A stretch of 64,000 nt of DNA from Lama glama (lineage: Eukaryota): positions 54,376,001 through 54,440,000 of the forward strand of contig CM052816.1 in assembly GCA_028534125.1 (NCBI GenBank), given 5' to 3'. This document shows positions 13,720 to 28,454 of this stretch, piece after piece. The notes below the pieces were generated by a model. It was not told the DNA's origin. It searched no databases and saw nothing but the letters and a program-made list of their open reading frames with translations. The translations under genes were made by a program, and so were the position numbers. The first letter of the stretch is position 1; the number at the start of each line of letters is the position of its first letter.

Positions 13720-14620
13720 ACTTTCTTATTGTTGGTTATAAATTGATAGGGAAATGGGAAAAAAGTAAACATTTATTCAGTGCACTGTAATTTAAAATAT
13801 TAGAAACAGAATTTAAAAACTTTTAAACTCACTGAGTAGTTTGAACAGTGCTTGCCTTCTTCCAGTAGGATAAATTATAATACAGAGCAAGCCTCTTTTC
13901 TATGTCTTGGCGAATTATAAACTCCTACGTTTGCATTAGCTTCCAATATTTTATCCTCTGTACTTTCAATGTCATGAAATACCTCCAGAGTTCCTTCACT
14001 CAATGTGCATTTTTTTTTCCACTGGCATCACTCCCTCTGTGACATTTCATCCTTTTTGTGACAACCACTTTCTTCAATGATTTCAATAAGCTTGCACTGA
14101 CTCACTTCCTATGGCTCCCTATGCAGAATCTCTCACAGGCAGCAGTGTCCACATTCCCACAGTCAGCTATTTCTCCCCTCACTCCATTTACGTTGCCATT
14201 TCACTTCCAGCATGATCGCTTCCCACTTCTTTCTACACTCTCATCTTTTGGGGCTAACTCCCTCTTTCAATGATCAGTTTTCGGGTAAGGCCACGTGAGT
14301 TATCACGGAGAGAGAAGGTGGTAACACAACTGCACACTTTGCTGTCTGTGCTTGAACTGACAGGCAGACACTTTCAAAAGAGTGATGTGATTGGTCACTG
14401 TTCAGGCTGCACGTTTGTCTCTGACCATGCAGCACATGTTACTTATGCAATGCCTTGTGGACTGAAGAACTGGCAGCAAAATCTGTGCTTCAGGCAATTA
14501 TTCAGTTAACACACCAACATGACTGCAATCTTTGGGTCTGGTACGATTTAACCCTAAAATTGGTGTACGATGGAACTGCACAAAGTGAGGGCTACCAGTA
14601 CAGCTCTTCCAAAGTAGCTA
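13720..14620 (-). mobile_element. Degenerate Tigger-type DNA transposon (Tigger13-like)
   Basis: Minus strand reads as a frameshifted Tigger transposase C-terminus (LIEIIEESGCHKKDE...FHDIESTEDKILEA...KKASTVQTT). Confidence 0.6.
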
Positions 14621-15581
14621 TGAAGACCTCAAACCGCCATGCAGGGCCTCCCTCTATTTCTACCTACATCTTCTCGGAACCACAAAGTTTAACTCATCTT
14701 TCACCCCAAGCCAGTATGATGAATTAAGGGCTGATCCTGGGCAGGGCTCAGAATGACATACAGGTGTCTGGCCTAAGAGGCTGGAGAGGGGTAGCACCCA
14801 GATGGGAGGTGATTTGGGGAGGGAGGAGGCCCAGGGGCAGGAAAAGGGACCATGACTCTGAGGAGTCCTCAGAGCAGGAAGGGACTCGGGAGTGATCCAT
14901 CACCTCGACTCAACAGGTGAGGGGTCGGAAGTAAGCGATTTCCCCCAGCAAAGCGGCGGCAGAGCTGGACCCACAGGTCCCAACCCCTCCTTCAGCGATC
15001 TCTCCTCTTGCTTTGCTAGAAATCACCATAACCATTTCTTTGACAAGGTTCATCAAGGAAGTACTGAAAATTATCTTTTTGAGGATAGCAATAAGCTGTT
15101 TTTGCTAGCTAAGTGAGAAGAAAACTATATCCCTGGTGAAGGCTAATTATGACAAAGATGGAAAAAACCTAACTTTTCCTGAACTTGAAGAAGACAGTAC
15201 AAGTGTTCATTATTATTAGTCTTCTTTCTAAAAAGGGTATGTCTGTGTCTCCAAATGGATTACCGATACCTATTAAATATCTAATTAAATATCTAATTTT
15301 CAGAATACTTGGTTTGGCTTTAAGCAAAAGCCAGGCAATGAGGAACTTCTAGAGTAGACCACATATACAGATCATCTAAGTTGTATCCACATAATACTAA
15401 ACAATTGGCCAATGTGATCATAGGAGGTATCAATTCAGTTGGGGGAAAAACGGTTTGGGAGCTTAAACGTCCCTAAGAAAGTGATGCTAACACATCTCGT
15501 TGGGGATCTGACGTTAACTAAACTGTGAAATTTGTGCAAATTGGAACTATGCGAACTGAGGGCTTTGTCAAGCAGATACAG

Positions 15582-15880
15582 ATTTTTTTTAAAGTGAAGT
15601 ACAGTTGACTTACAGCATTATGTTAGTTTTAGGTGTACAGCAAAATGATTCAGTTATACACATATACATATACATGACAGTTCTACATATATACAGATAC
15701 GGTTATATACACATATATATATATACACACAGTGAAGCTATACACACACACATATATATACACACATATTCTTTTTCAGTTTCTTTTCCATTATAGGTTA
15801 TAACTAGATATTGAATATAGTTCCCTGTGCTATAGAATAGACCCTTGCTGTTCATCTACTTTATATATAGTAGTGTGTAT
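15582..15880 (-). mobile_element. L1 3'UTR fragment with embedded (TA/CA)-rich simple repeat
   Basis: gaagtacagttgacttacagcattatgttagttttaggtgtacagcaaaatgattcagttataca...gatattgaatatagttccctgtgctatag is the reverse of a laurasiatherian L1 3' end. Confidence 0.85.
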
Positions 15881-15924
15881 CAAGCAGCTATAGTGTGATG
15901 AGAATTTAGGGCCAGCCATGATAC

Positions 15925-16105
15925 TGAAAGGACTTTAAATATACTCTCTCATTTAACAACCCTTCCACAACTCTTTGGAGGTGGGCATCAGCCCCATTTA
16001 CAGACATGTAAACTGAGGCATGGAATGGTTAAGAGACTTGTCCAGAGCCACACAATTAACAAGATTTGAACTGAGGTTGGCCCAATCCCAGAGACTGTGT
16101 AATCA
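15925..16105 (-). mobile_element. MIR SINE
   Basis: ccccatttacagacatgtaaactgaggcatggaatggttaagagacttgtccagagccacaca (reverse MIR core). Confidence 0.75.
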
Positions 16106-17299
16106 TTAAGTAACACACTCTATTTTCACCCCCTAAAATATTGGGCCAAAATCCTTAACAACTCTGTGGTTTTATGAAACTGGCTGGGTAGAGGACACAA
16201 CTTGGTACCAGTAGTAAGGGACATGCTGACCACATCAAGTTACTGAGTGTGAACATCTCCATCACTCCATTATTTCAGTTAATATGTGAAGAACAGCTCG
16301 AGGCCAAAGGATCTCCAATCCCTAAACACAACTGAAGAATAAATTTTAAAGGAAAGGAGGAAAAATCTTAGGCCATAGCTGTGAAGATCTGTTTCCAAGG
16401 CCAACTGGAAAGCTCAGTGTGCAGGGAGTGGGGGTCATACTCTAAGCAGAAACGTCAACTCTACACACAGGGAAGTCAACGTGCTCTAGGCACGGATGAA
16501 GAAAAGGCTGTTTGACTTTCAGATGGTATCATGTTGATATAAATCAGCCTCATAATATTTCTCCTACTTTTAATTTTTTTCTTTTTTGCCAAGAATGGAA
16601 AATATGACTTGCTGTGAGTCACAGCCACTCACCCAGCAGAGCTGTGCTCTGTAATACCACGAGACACTGCCACCCGCTCCACTGCTAACAGCGCTCCTGC
16701 CAGCCCACGTCACACATCCCTGGTCCCGAGGTGGGAGCAAATTTCCCCCGGTGAACTCAGAAACGCACCCTCAAAAGTAACCACATCCTGGAATAGTCTT
16801 ACCAAGTTAGTTCCTCCCAAGTCCTGAGGGCTGTAGCCTGATGTAGCTAACATTTTCAGCATAGCAGTGAAGTTACAAAATTGGTATTTTTCTCCAAGAA
16901 AAAAAATTTAAACTAAGGCTCCAGGACATGATTTAATTTTTCTAAGAGAGGTGCAATGGCGGCAGCAGAAGCACGAGAACATGTGACTAGGTATCACTGC
17001 CCTACAAGCTGGAACGTTTTAGACAGTAAAACCGACCAGCCACCTCCGGATGATCAGGGCTCATCGTGCGACCCCCCTTCCCCCGCAGCACCTGGTGTGG
17101 AGACTTGGGCACACAGGCACACCACAGACTCCTACTGGATGGATCAGGGAGAGAAACTATGCTTGAATGAGGCCCAGTAGTAAAGGCATCCTTAGTTCCA
17201 AGCTGAGTTTCTTGTCTTTAAAAAAGAGGGAGTCTTAATCATTCTGTCCCTTATTCAGAGAGGGACCCTTGACCACCTGTGTCTGCTGTCATGGGGGTC

Positions 17300-20200
17300 A
17301 AACTCATGTGACAGGAACCAGGCAGGGTACATGGAAGCACTGGAAATATTCCACCTCTTGTGCCGGGTCATGGGTTCACAGCATTAATTTCATTATTGTA
17401 CTTCATAGCTCATGAGCACAAATTTAAAATATTTTGTTTTGTTTTAATATGCCAAAAATAATAAGTCCAAAATTATAGCTAGTTTTTTTGGGATGAAGAA
17501 ATGGGGCCATTAGGGGATATTTAAATACTACAAAGGACTACATCATATCTGACAGGACAGAAATATAATACACTTGAAACTTTGTTATAAAAATTGACTG
17601 CTAAGCAAACACATTGAAAATAACTTAAGAGTAGCAACTAAAATAAAAGCATAACCTATAGCTTCTAGAACAGGAAATAAAAGGTAATTCTGAAAACTGT
17701 CAATTTAGCAAAAAGGAGAAGAAAAAAAGAAAAAGTGTATTAAATAGAAAATACTATTAAAATAAGGCCAATTGTATCAGTAATCACACTCAATGATCAG
17801 ATTAAACTCACTGATCATCAAAATAGGTTTTAGAAAAATGTAACTGTGTACTGCTTACAAGAGGGATATTTCACATAAAGTTATAAAGAAAACTGAAAAT
17901 GAAAAGATAGAAAAAGACACAGCCGGAAAATATTAACCAAAGAAAGCTGGTCTAGCCATATTATCAACAAATAGAAATTAAGGCAGAAGTTTAAAGAGGG
18001 ACACTACATAACAATAAAAGAGACAGCCACCAAGAACATGAAATAATCCAAAACTCGGATACACATTAACATGATCTACTCAAAATATCTGAAAATATTA
18101 AGAAATATGGAGGATATGACATAGCCATTGCAGTAGAAACTGACAGAACAGTCAAAAAATTAAGATAGAAACATCTGAATAGCATCATTAATAAAGCTGA
18201 ATTAATTCACAGATAGAAAAACCCTTTATTCAACAAATAGAGATACATTTAAAAAAATTTTTTGTGGAAAGTTTCAAAACTGACTACATTATTAACTACC
18301 AAACAAGTTACAACAAGTATGGAAGAGTCAGTAACAAAGGCATCACAGTAATCCACGATGGAGAAAAGAACATATAGTCATTTCAACAAGTGGAGCTGGA
18401 ACACCTGGACATCACTATGGGGTGAAAAAGAGCCTTGATCCCTTTACTACACCATACATAAAAATGAGCCTGAGATTGACTTATAGGTCTAAAAGTAAAA
18501 TTTAACAACAAACTTTCCAGAAGAAAACAAAGTATCTTCAACCTGGGATTAGGTAAAGATTCTTAGAAGACAGAAGGCAATAACCATCAATAAATTAGAC
18601 TGCATCAAAACTAAAATTTGTGCTCAAAATTTAGCTATGAAAATGAAGAGAAAAGCCACAGATCGGGAGAAAATATTTTCAAAACCTGATAAAGGACTTG
18701 CAACAAGAATATATAAAAAACTCCTACAACTCAATAACTTTTCAAAAGTCAACCCAATTAAAAATGGGAAGGAGACTTAACTAAACAGTCACAAAAGATT
18801 TTAAAAGATGGCCAATCAGCAAATAAGAATTCAACATTATTAGGCATGGAGAAGTTAAGTGACCGTAAGACAGTACTACTCACCCACTAGAATTAAAAGA
18901 CTGACATAACTATTACCAAGGATTTGGAGTAATCAGAACTCTCATGTTGCTTGTAGGAGTAATTTTTAAGAAAATATCTAGATGTATCTTATGAAAGTAA
19001 ACACACCATTGTTTTGAAGGTTCTAGCAGGACAATTAGGCTAATAAAACAAAAGGCATTCAGATCGGAAAGAAAGTAGTAATGATACGATCTTGTACATA
19101 GAAAATCCTGAAGACTCTACGAAAAACCTGTAAGAGCTCATAAATGAGATCAGCAAGATTGCAGGATACAAACTCAAAATACAAAAATAAATTTTATTTC
19201 TACATCCTAGCAATGAACAACCCAAAAATGAAAGTAAGGAAACAATTCTGTTTGCCAGAACATCAAAAAAAAAAAAAATTCAGGAGTAAATCTAACAAAA
19301 ATGTAAAAGACACACACTAAAAACTACAAGACATTGTTCAAAGAGGTTAAAGAAAATCTAAATAAATGAAAGACATCTTATGTTAATGGATTAGAACACA
19401 AAGTTGTTAACATAATATTCCCCAAATTGATCTACAAGTTCATTACAACCATTGTCAAAATCCCAGCTGGTGCTCCCACACCACCTGAAGTTAACAAGCT
19501 GGTCTCGAAATTCATATGAAGATTCAAGGGACCAAGACAACCAAAACAATTCTTGAAAAATGAGGAAGTTGGGGGAGTCACACTTCAGAGTTCCAGAAAT
19601 CAAGACAGTGTGCTGCTGGCATAGGACAGACGTGTATCAATGGAATAGAACTGAGAATCTAGAAATAAATCTCACAATTAGTCAGTTGATTTTAGAAAAA
19701 GACGCCAAGACAATTCAATGAGAAAAAAATATTCTTTTAAACAAATTCTGCTGGGACTACCAGACATCCACATGCAAAAGAATGAAGCCCTACCTCACAT
19801 CATACACAAAAATTAAGTCAAAGTGGATCACAGAGCTAAATAAGAGCTAAAACTATAAAACTCTTAGAAGAAAACAAAGGAGTAAATTTTTATAATCCTA
19901 GATCAGGCAATAGATTGATTCTTAGATAGATACTAAATGATGAAGAAAAATTTCAGAATGATGCCTACTGCCCAATACCTTTCAAATAAAATTTAAAATA
20001 TTCAAAACATAGTAAATATTATTAATGGATACATACAGATATGGAAGAAATAAATACCTATCATAATCAATCTCCGAATAGTGGTTACTTTTAGGGAAGA
20101 GAGAGGACGGTGAGGAATAAATAGGGCTTGAAAACTATTTGTAATCTTTTGTTTCTAAAAAGAACTCAAACAAATAGGGCACACTTGCCAAAATAAATTT

Positions 20201-20300
20201 ATCATATTTGGAAAAAAAATAAAAAGAACACATTTGAGAAAAGTGGGTATGGGCATTCCATGAATATTTGAAATACTTTACAATTCAACAAATTATATCT
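17300..20300 (+). mobile_element. Cluster of old, fragmented L1 ORF2 pieces (nested, out of order)
   Basis: A-rich degenerate ORF2 segments: endonuclease-like ~17750-18330; downstream ORF2 ~18350-19005 (ttcaacaagtggagctggaac...); then a more upstream RT-region piece ~19015-19950 (gaaggttctagcaggacaattaggc...ctaaaactataaaactcttagaagaaaac). Confidence 0.8.
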
Positions 20301-21688
20301 TACAAGAATGAGACATCCTTACCATCCTTATCATAAGCATTCATTGCCAGTACAGCACAGGGTGAAAAATGAAGGTAAGTTAAACTAACTGATCTAAAGC
20401 CACACTAATCCCAAGAGAGATTCTGGAAATTACTTTGGGAATCAATACTGACATAAGAACCTTTGTCAAGTCTGTGCCTCCAGAATGAACACTGGAATTT
20501 TCCACTTGTTTGTATCCTATACAAATAGTTGCGGCTTATGTTTATTTTAATAAATTCTCTCTCCCTCTCTCTCTGCTCCTAAATTTGTTTTCATCAAATT
20601 TTCCCAAGCTGAAATCTCTTGGTTTTTTTCTTTTTTTTTCCCTTTCCCTAGGTTTGCATTTCCTTTTTCCAAGCGACGGTAAATTATTTTCTTTTCCATT
20701 TGCTCATAAATCAAACAGTACATTTCTTTGGTTGGTTTTCACTTTCTTCTACATGTTCATTGGTTTGTTTACGTCTTTTCTGCATCTTCACTTGTTCGAA
20801 ATACAGGGCTAGCATCCAGGTGCTAACAAATTACAGCTTTACAAGGAGGAAGGTGGCTTGGATAGGCCTCCCATGCGATGGGGATTTAACAAACCCTCTC
20901 ACACCTATTTCCTCAAAGAGGGCAGAGGGAGAGGCCGTGGGAGGACATGACTGCTGTCCTTGTTAGAGGGAGGTCAAGGCTGCAGGCACAGGCCCTTCTC
21001 TCCCTGCAGCCAGTTCTCCTGGTCTTCCAGAGCCCAGTACGCTGCTTGGCTCAATTACAGGGACCAAAAAGAGGCGCCTTTGACCATCTTTTCTTCCCAG
21101 CCAACAACAGGCATCACTATCAAGCACCTTCCACTGCCAGGCGGTGTCTCAGGCACCCCATGCTTCTTCAGATTACTCAAATTCCCTGTGAGAGAGGCAC
21201 TGCTATCTGCACTTCACAGACCAGGCACTGGGTAGAGAAGTGAAGCAACACAGCCAAGGTCACACCACTGGTTAACGGCAGAGCCAGGACTCCCAGCCAG
21301 CTGCGGCTGATAGCAAAGCCCTGCCCTTAACCACATGGCTTCCCTTTCTGGCTGCAAAAGCAGCAGCAGCACATGGAACAGACTAGTTTTGTGGTGGAAG
21401 AGTTGTTCTCCCTCACAGCTCACCATGCAATCTACCTACCCTGTTATTTATACTCAAGATGGGACAATGCTTGTCTTCAAGGAAACAAGGTGATGCCTCA
21501 AGTATAACATTAATGAGAACAAGCACTTGCACACAGATACATACACTGACACCGCACATGGATGCACGGGCGTGCACGGCGGGGCAAGGACAGCTATCTG
21601 CTGTGTGTAGCAAGAGGAGAGCCCTCAGACGGTGCTCATACAACCACATGCTCTGGAAACCAAGCCCCTACGAGGAAGCGAGGCGTAC

Positions 21689-21748
21689 CTGGATAGGATC
21701 CTGCGTCAGTCTCATGGGCCCGATGCGCACCTCCGCAGAAGAGACCTG
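21689..21748 (-). CDS. PDE8B: PDE8B internal coding exon (human exon 2 equivalent), 60 bp, [20 protein letters not shown]
   Basis: Minus strand reads tttattcag|CAG GTC TCT TCT GCG GAG GTG CGC ATC GGG CCC ATG AGA CTG ACG CAG GAT CCT ATC CAG|gtacgc. The peptide matches PDE8B as I recall it; phase 0/0. Confidence 0.97.
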
Positions 21749-24700
21749 CTGAATAAAGGACAGCACGTGAGCCGTGGCAAGTCTCGAACTACAGGAACTG
21801 ACAAATTCTTCCTTACACTGGGTACGACATCATGCCACTTTGCAGATGCTGAATAAAAGGATCCAATTTATTGACATGGAGACGGTTTATAAAACATGTT
21901 GAGCACAACCCTGGTTTTGTAAAAGAATATTTACATTTATGTGCACTGAAATTCTGGGAGGATATATATCCCCAAATGCTAAGTGGTGGGATTTCAGGTT
22001 ATTTTTACATTAAGTGCATGGGGTTTTACAATAAGCATGTAGTCGTTATGTCAGAAAACAACCCAACCATTATTTACTGAGCATCAACTCTGCTGGGCAC
22101 CATGCCAGGCTGTTATTATTCTGAAATTCAAAAGAGTAAAAGCTTCTCTCATATGAAGGGGCTAAAGCATTTCTATGATTTAAGACCTGTCCCGATATTT
22201 AAATCTCTGTTTTTTTATCTTCATGTTTTAGTGTGAGGAATACACAGCTTACTCTTACCCATGTTTACCATGACTAAATTACTTATTTCAGTTGTGTCTC
22301 CTCAAAAAAACTGAGTGACACAGTACCAAGACCACGGGGAGCTGAACTCCGCCCCACGACTCCAGGAATGAAGGGTACGTGTTCACTGGCCAGCTCCATC
22401 TCGCTACCCGCAAGCACAGAGCCAATGTTCGTCTTTATTTTTAATTACTTTACTTGGATTTCTAAAAATGACTTTTCTCTAGACAACTGGATGGAGGTCT
22501 TGGCCTCACCTCCACGGACCCAGGTTCATTCTTCTCTAAGAGGCTGCAGTTCGTTGTGCCTCTACTTAGAAGCCTGGCCCCATGAGTCGAATGGGACACC
22601 TTCAAGAGGACCAGAGACACTGCCACAACCCAAGGGTCAGAGGACGCTTTGTCAGTTCAAGGGAAGAGCAGAACTTTCTTTACATTAGACTTTGAAGACT
22701 AAAAATTTCCCTTTCTCCCTTCTTGCCCTTTAACTCCCGGTGGGCAGGGTATGAATCTTCTCAACAAGATCACGAACTGCTGACATCTTTTTCCTCTGTA
22801 AGGCTGATCCCTCCACCCCACCCTCTGTGGTGGGGTCTCAGGAGGGCAAAGCTGGGCTCTCCTGCTCTGCTCAGGGAGGCAGCCTTCCGACAGGGGGTCC
22901 TCCTGGCAGGCCTGGCCCCACTCCGCCAGTCCCTGAGCCTCTGACCAGGATGAGTTCCTTCACTGTTGCACTTCAGGCAAAAGTGATAGACTCAGGTTGC
23001 TTTTCTCTAAGCAAAACCATGTCCTGCAGGGTTTGTCCTGATACCAGCGCTCAGTGGATGCACACAGCCCTACGAATTCCACTGGAAGAGGAACATCACA
23101 GACCTCCAGCATCCCCAGGACTCTGCCCCCACCCACCACAGCTTCACTCTAAAAGCCAGAACTTCTTATCTGAAAGAGACACTGGTTCAAAAGCAGGGCA
23201 ACCGCCAGCATTCTGCTTAAAAGCTAGTGATTAAGAAGTGAAACCAAACTGGTACAGAAAGACAAATGTGATTGATCATCTGAGATATCTCTGCACCCTT
23301 CCTTCGGCCACTCTTGGGTATACAGCGTCCACTACACACCCCTTCCAACAAGGCCTCCTGTGCTTTCTCCAGTGAAACTGAGCCTAAACAGGGACATCCA
23401 GGGGCAGAAAATAAATGAAATATGGAATCCATAAAAGTTTAAAAGGAATAGAATAAAAAGTGACTTGCTTTGGAAGGCTAAGGGACTGGGGGAAGGGAAC
23501 TGACTGCCCAAGATATAATGATAATTCTCTCCTAACTTACACATTCCTGCGTACTTAGAAGAGACCAATATGTGCATGACGTTGTTAAACAGGCCATTTT
23601 AACTCTTCCAGGAGAGCATGTGATGACTGTGTGAGCCTGTCTGTCCTCGGCACTGTGCTAGGCACTTCCATGAGAGTGACCTTGGCGGGAGTCAGGCAAC
23701 AGCCACTGAGCGGCAGCATGGGGTCTGAGAAGCAACCCCACTCTAGAACACCCTTTATGTGCTGAAAGACAGGAAAGACCCTACAGCTCTCTCCTACAGC
23801 CACAGGAGATCCCTGCCTGTGTCCAGGATTTTAACCTCTGCCTGATCTAGTCAGCAGGAAGCTGCCACCCTAGGCAGAGTCCAGGAGACAAGCTGCAAGG
23901 CCGGTGAGCTTTCTCCCAGACCCCTGGCCTCTCCCTCCTGCACCCACCCCCTTGCAGCCCCCCCTCCCTGTGCTGTCTCCCTGGTAGCTTAGGGGCCTCG
24001 GCTTCCCAGCTCCTCTCGTCCTGACCTACACTTTCCTCCTCGCCTCTTGGCCAGCCTTCTCCTTCTTGGTCTGTGCTCCCAGCCATCAGACCTCGCCTTC
24101 TGTGTCCAAGAGAGGTCAGCCATCCCAACAGAACCGGACGCCCACCTGGTGGGCTCTGCAAGATGGCCCACAGCATGACCAGCAGCAGGTATGGTCACCG
24201 CAGCTGCAGTCTGCAGAGCTCTCCTTCTGACCCAGGAGGCTTAACTGCCTGCGTCCCACCCATTTGGAGAAGAATCATGAACAGAATCATGATCAGAAAC
24301 AGGAGACCCCTTACTGATGTCTGTGTAGCCAAGCCAAGATTCTCTACTTCAAAGAGTGGATTTGTAGCAACTGCAGACACACAGATCCTCAATTAGTATA
24401 TTAGCTCCGATTCCAGGAAGTGATCACGTTTGCCAAGGACATAGACGCAAGAAGGAGGTGGGGGCATAAGTAACAGAATTCCAGCTCTGGAGAGGAGGAT
24501 GGGATGAGAGTGTGAGGAGGCAGACGACTCCCAGCCACTCTGACCACACAGCTCTGCCCCGCGGCCCAGGGAGGAAGCACTACTGGTCGACAGCGCCGTT
24601 TTAACTGTCTATCATATAGCGTGTGTCAAGTATTGATGTGTACACACGTGTGTGCATGGTCACATACACACATACATGTATATATAGATGCAGTAGGGTC

Positions 24701-27700
24701 ACCAATTCACCTTCAGATGAGCTGGCTCTTCAAGAGAAGAAAAAAGTCCTATTTGGAGCATTTGCTGAGTGTATGGCGTAACTACACTCACCTTGGCTGA
24801 TCTCAAGCTAGCAACCTAGGTCCCTGAATGTGCAAGTGGGAATCTATGTCTTCATTCCAAGAGGGTCTGTGGGTGGCAAACTCATTCAGGCTTCACTGAT
24901 CTGCAAATTTCTATTACCCTCTTTTGTTTGAAAGTTTAGCAAGATACAGAATTCTGACTGACAGAAATTTCGCCTAGACTTTGAGGCTGAGAGAAAAGAG
25001 GTCATCTTTCTGGTTTGGAAGGTGGGGAGATCAAGGAAGTCTTCATGAAGATGAGTGGGTCGTGAACAGGAAGAAGAGGAGACTGGGCTGGGAGAGGAAT
25101 GTCCAGGCAGAGTGGACAACAGAAGCAAAGGCACGGAGGAAAGAATGCAAAGACGCTCACTGGGGAGAAGAGTCTAGAAAAGCTGGATTGCAGAGCACGA
25201 AAGGGAGACTGGGCTGGGGTCATCCTTCTAGGATTCTGGAGGGGAAATCCCTTTAGATTCTCTAGGCACCAACCACACTGCAGGTTTCTGAGCAGAGGAT
25301 TAATAGGATCAGATTTATGACTTGGGGGAAAAAATCAAACATTTGGTTTCCCTATTTTCTGGATAGGCAAAAACAGAGAGTTAGCAAAAAATAAAACAAA
25401 GACACTGCTATGAGTAGGAACTACAGCAGTGAAAGCAAGTGCAGAAAATATACTGCACCCATCAAGAAAATAAATGACCCCCAACGCCCGCACAGCTTGG
25501 CCTCATTTCAAACAAGCAGGAACGCCGAGACGAAGCCCAGCTGGCGCAGGTACACAGATGAAAGAGACTGAGTCTTGAGAGAAACCAAGGCAGTTCAGAT
25601 GCTGGGTCACCCGAGATGCACCACGTGGCGGGGAGGGACTGCCACAGCTCTCGGTAGTTTCAGGAATTGGGTTCAATGACCTGGACTCAAGTCTTAGCGC
25701 TTCACTTAAACAAGGAGGAGGGGAGAATTCAGGAGAAGGGGTTGACCTTGAAAGGCCTTCCTCCCTCATCTGCTCAGTACAGCCTACTCACCCGCAAGCG
25801 CCCCCCTCCCCGCCCCGCAGGCTGTTCAGGCCCAGTGGCACCCGGACAGGACTGAAAACTCTCCTCCAGGCTTCTCCTGCGCTTCCAAGGCTTTACTGTA
25901 TTACTCATTTCAGTATCCTTCTCCCGGGCAAGGTTGTGAGCATCTTGAGGACCCAGGTGTCTTGTTCATAACTGTATCCCAGCATCGAGAAGGTGCTCAC
26001 TCGATGCCGATGCTCAATAAATAAATGGAGTTGAATGAAACTTCCCAAGATCGCAGATTTTAAGTCACAGAGTCAGCACTGGGACTTCATCTGTCCTGAC
26101 GCCCAGTATGCTGCTGCTCTTTCTTTATGTGCCGAGGTGAAGAGCATTAGTTCTGACTGCACTGCCCACCTTTCTGTTATGGGTTTTGGGACTTTATTCC
26201 AATTTTGCAAATAGATCCAGCACCTGGCAATCCCTGCTCACATCGTAGCAGTCTGTGCTACTGCTAACAGGGCAGCTGCCAGGGCTAAGAAGAAGGAAAA
26301 GGGGAGTCTGTCTGCGTGGGTGGGTAGGGAGCTTCCATAACTTCTACCTTCCAAAGATGAGCTCCGAGCCTGAATCTTCCCTGACTTCTACAACTCCATG
26401 GGAATCCCTTCCTCCCCACCATCTGCTGTACTGAGTGTTCACGCACAGGTGCTCACACACACAGCTCAGGGCAAAACCGACTTCACTTCATGAAAGGGGG
26501 ACTCCATCGTAAAGATCATTTTTATGTTTAAATGCCATGAATCAGCTCTGCCTGCTGCCCTGGTGGCTCTGATTTTAAAATAATATTTACATCTCTCAAG
26601 GTGTCCCCTGTCTACCCTTGACTCCCAGGCCAAACTTCTTTCTTTATTCCTTTGAGCTCTGGGTAAGCAACAGTTCTATTTGACTTGTGCCTGTTAAATG
26701 GGCCCAGGCCTGCCCTCTGGCTTTGGGCAGAAGGCACCAGCATTGCAGCCTCCACATACCCCACCCTGAGGCCGGGCATCCCTGCTCCAGACTGGGGACC
26801 CCTGGCTCACCCTGCCTCACCTTCCAGGCCCACCGTCCTCAGAACATCCAAAAGGCTTTCCTCCTCCTGTCTCTTCTCAGCCTCAGGCCCCAGTGGTCAG
26901 CTCTGCTCTCACACCAGTCTCCAGCCTCCACCTTGCTTTGACTCCAGCCACGCTCTACGGCCTCCTGGCAACTCTGCTGCCCTGGACCTGTCAGTGCCCA
27001 ACAGGTGGTACCTATCCACCCCTTATCTTCCTGCTTCCAATTCTCTGACCTACAAGTTCTCAACATGGCTTTCATAATAGAAATAACTGAAGAACTTCTT
27101 AAATCTATCAATGCCTGGGACCTATTTCAAACCAAGAGAATCAGTATCTCTAAGGATGGGGCCCTGGCCATCAGCATTTTAATCTTTTCGGGTACAACTA
27201 GGGTTGAGAACCACTCATTTATTCGTCCAAGCAGACACGTCTATTGTCAACTTTAGACTCTGTTACACATTCATTTATTCAACAGGTATCAATGGAGCAC
27301 TTACTGTGGGGAAGGCACCAAAACCCACCTGGACTCGGCCATCACACCTGAACCCCAGACACCCAGTTTTTTGCAGATACACCCTCCAAAAACACAAGAT
27401 TACCACTTAGGCAAGAGGAAAATACAGTCCTTTGCATTTGATGAATTATTCCCCCCAAACAGTATCCCTAAATTAGAATCAAAATAAAAAAATTTTTATA
27501 GTCTTTTTTGGTTACATACACACACATTATATATGGAAGATTACTCATAGTCATGAGATGCTCACAGTGGGTAGATCTACTAAATTTGTTTTATGCTCTG
27601 CTGTTTGGAACATTAATTTGGCAGCATGAGGTTTTATCACATAAATACAAACATAAATATCTACTCATCAAAATATACAACCATAAAAGATTAATTACTT

Positions 27701-27871
27701 GACTTTAAAACTTCTGTTCACCAAAAGCAAAAAAACACTAATAAAATAGAAGAAAAGAGGTGGTAGCCTAGAAACGACATCAACATTACAAGAAACCAAT
27801 GAGTATTAGTAACCGGAATGGAACAAAACCCTTAAAAACATCAGTAAAAAGACAACCAAAAAGAAAGCTGG

Positions 27872-28454
27872 TATATCCAGAAGGAACCCTACTCCAAAAT
27901 GACACCTGCACCCCAGTGTTCATTGCAGCACTATTCACAACAGCCAAGACATGGAAACAGACTAAATGTCCATCAGCAGGTGACTGGATAAAGATGTGGT
28001 ATATTTATACAATGGAATACTACTCAGCCATAAAAACAGACAACATGACGCCATTTGCAGCAACATGGATGTCCCTGGAGAATGCAATTCTAAGTGAAGT
28101 AAGCCAGAAAGAGAAAGAAAAATGCCATATGAGATGGCTCATATGTGGAATCTAAAATTAAAAAAAAACATAAATACAAAACAGAAACAGACTCATAGAC
28201 ATAGAATACAAACTTGTGGTTGCCAAGGGGGAGGGGGATGAGGACAGACTGGGATTTCAAAATGTAGAATAGATAAACAAGATTATACTGTATAGCACAG
28301 GGAAATATATACAAGATCTTATGGTAGCTCACAGAGAAAAAAATGTGACAATGAATATATGTATGTTTACATATAACTGAAAAATTGTGCTCTACACTGG
28401 AATTTGACACAACATTGTAAAATGATTATAATTCAATAAAAAATGTTAAAAAAA
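27872..28454 (+). mobile_element. Young 5'-truncated L1 (ORF2 C-terminus + 3'UTR + polyA) with TSD
   Basis: Translates TCTPVFIAALFTTAKTWKQTKCPS...[13 protein letters not shown]...LSEVSQKEKEK. AATAAA at ~28435; aaagctgg duplicated at 27864-27871 and 28455-28462. Confidence 0.93.

Noticed and set aside
21459..21856. Plus-strand ORFs overlapping exon 2
   Set aside because: Shadow ORFs of GC-rich exon and flank; no homology recognised.
24785..24860. Other strong minus-strand donors (AAG|gtgagt at ~24791; ATG CTG|gtgagt at ~52851; CAG|gtaaga at ~50299)
   Set aside because: No supporting promoter context; an in-frame stop or only trivial coding potential where checked. Isolated donors are expected by chance in 42 kb of intron.
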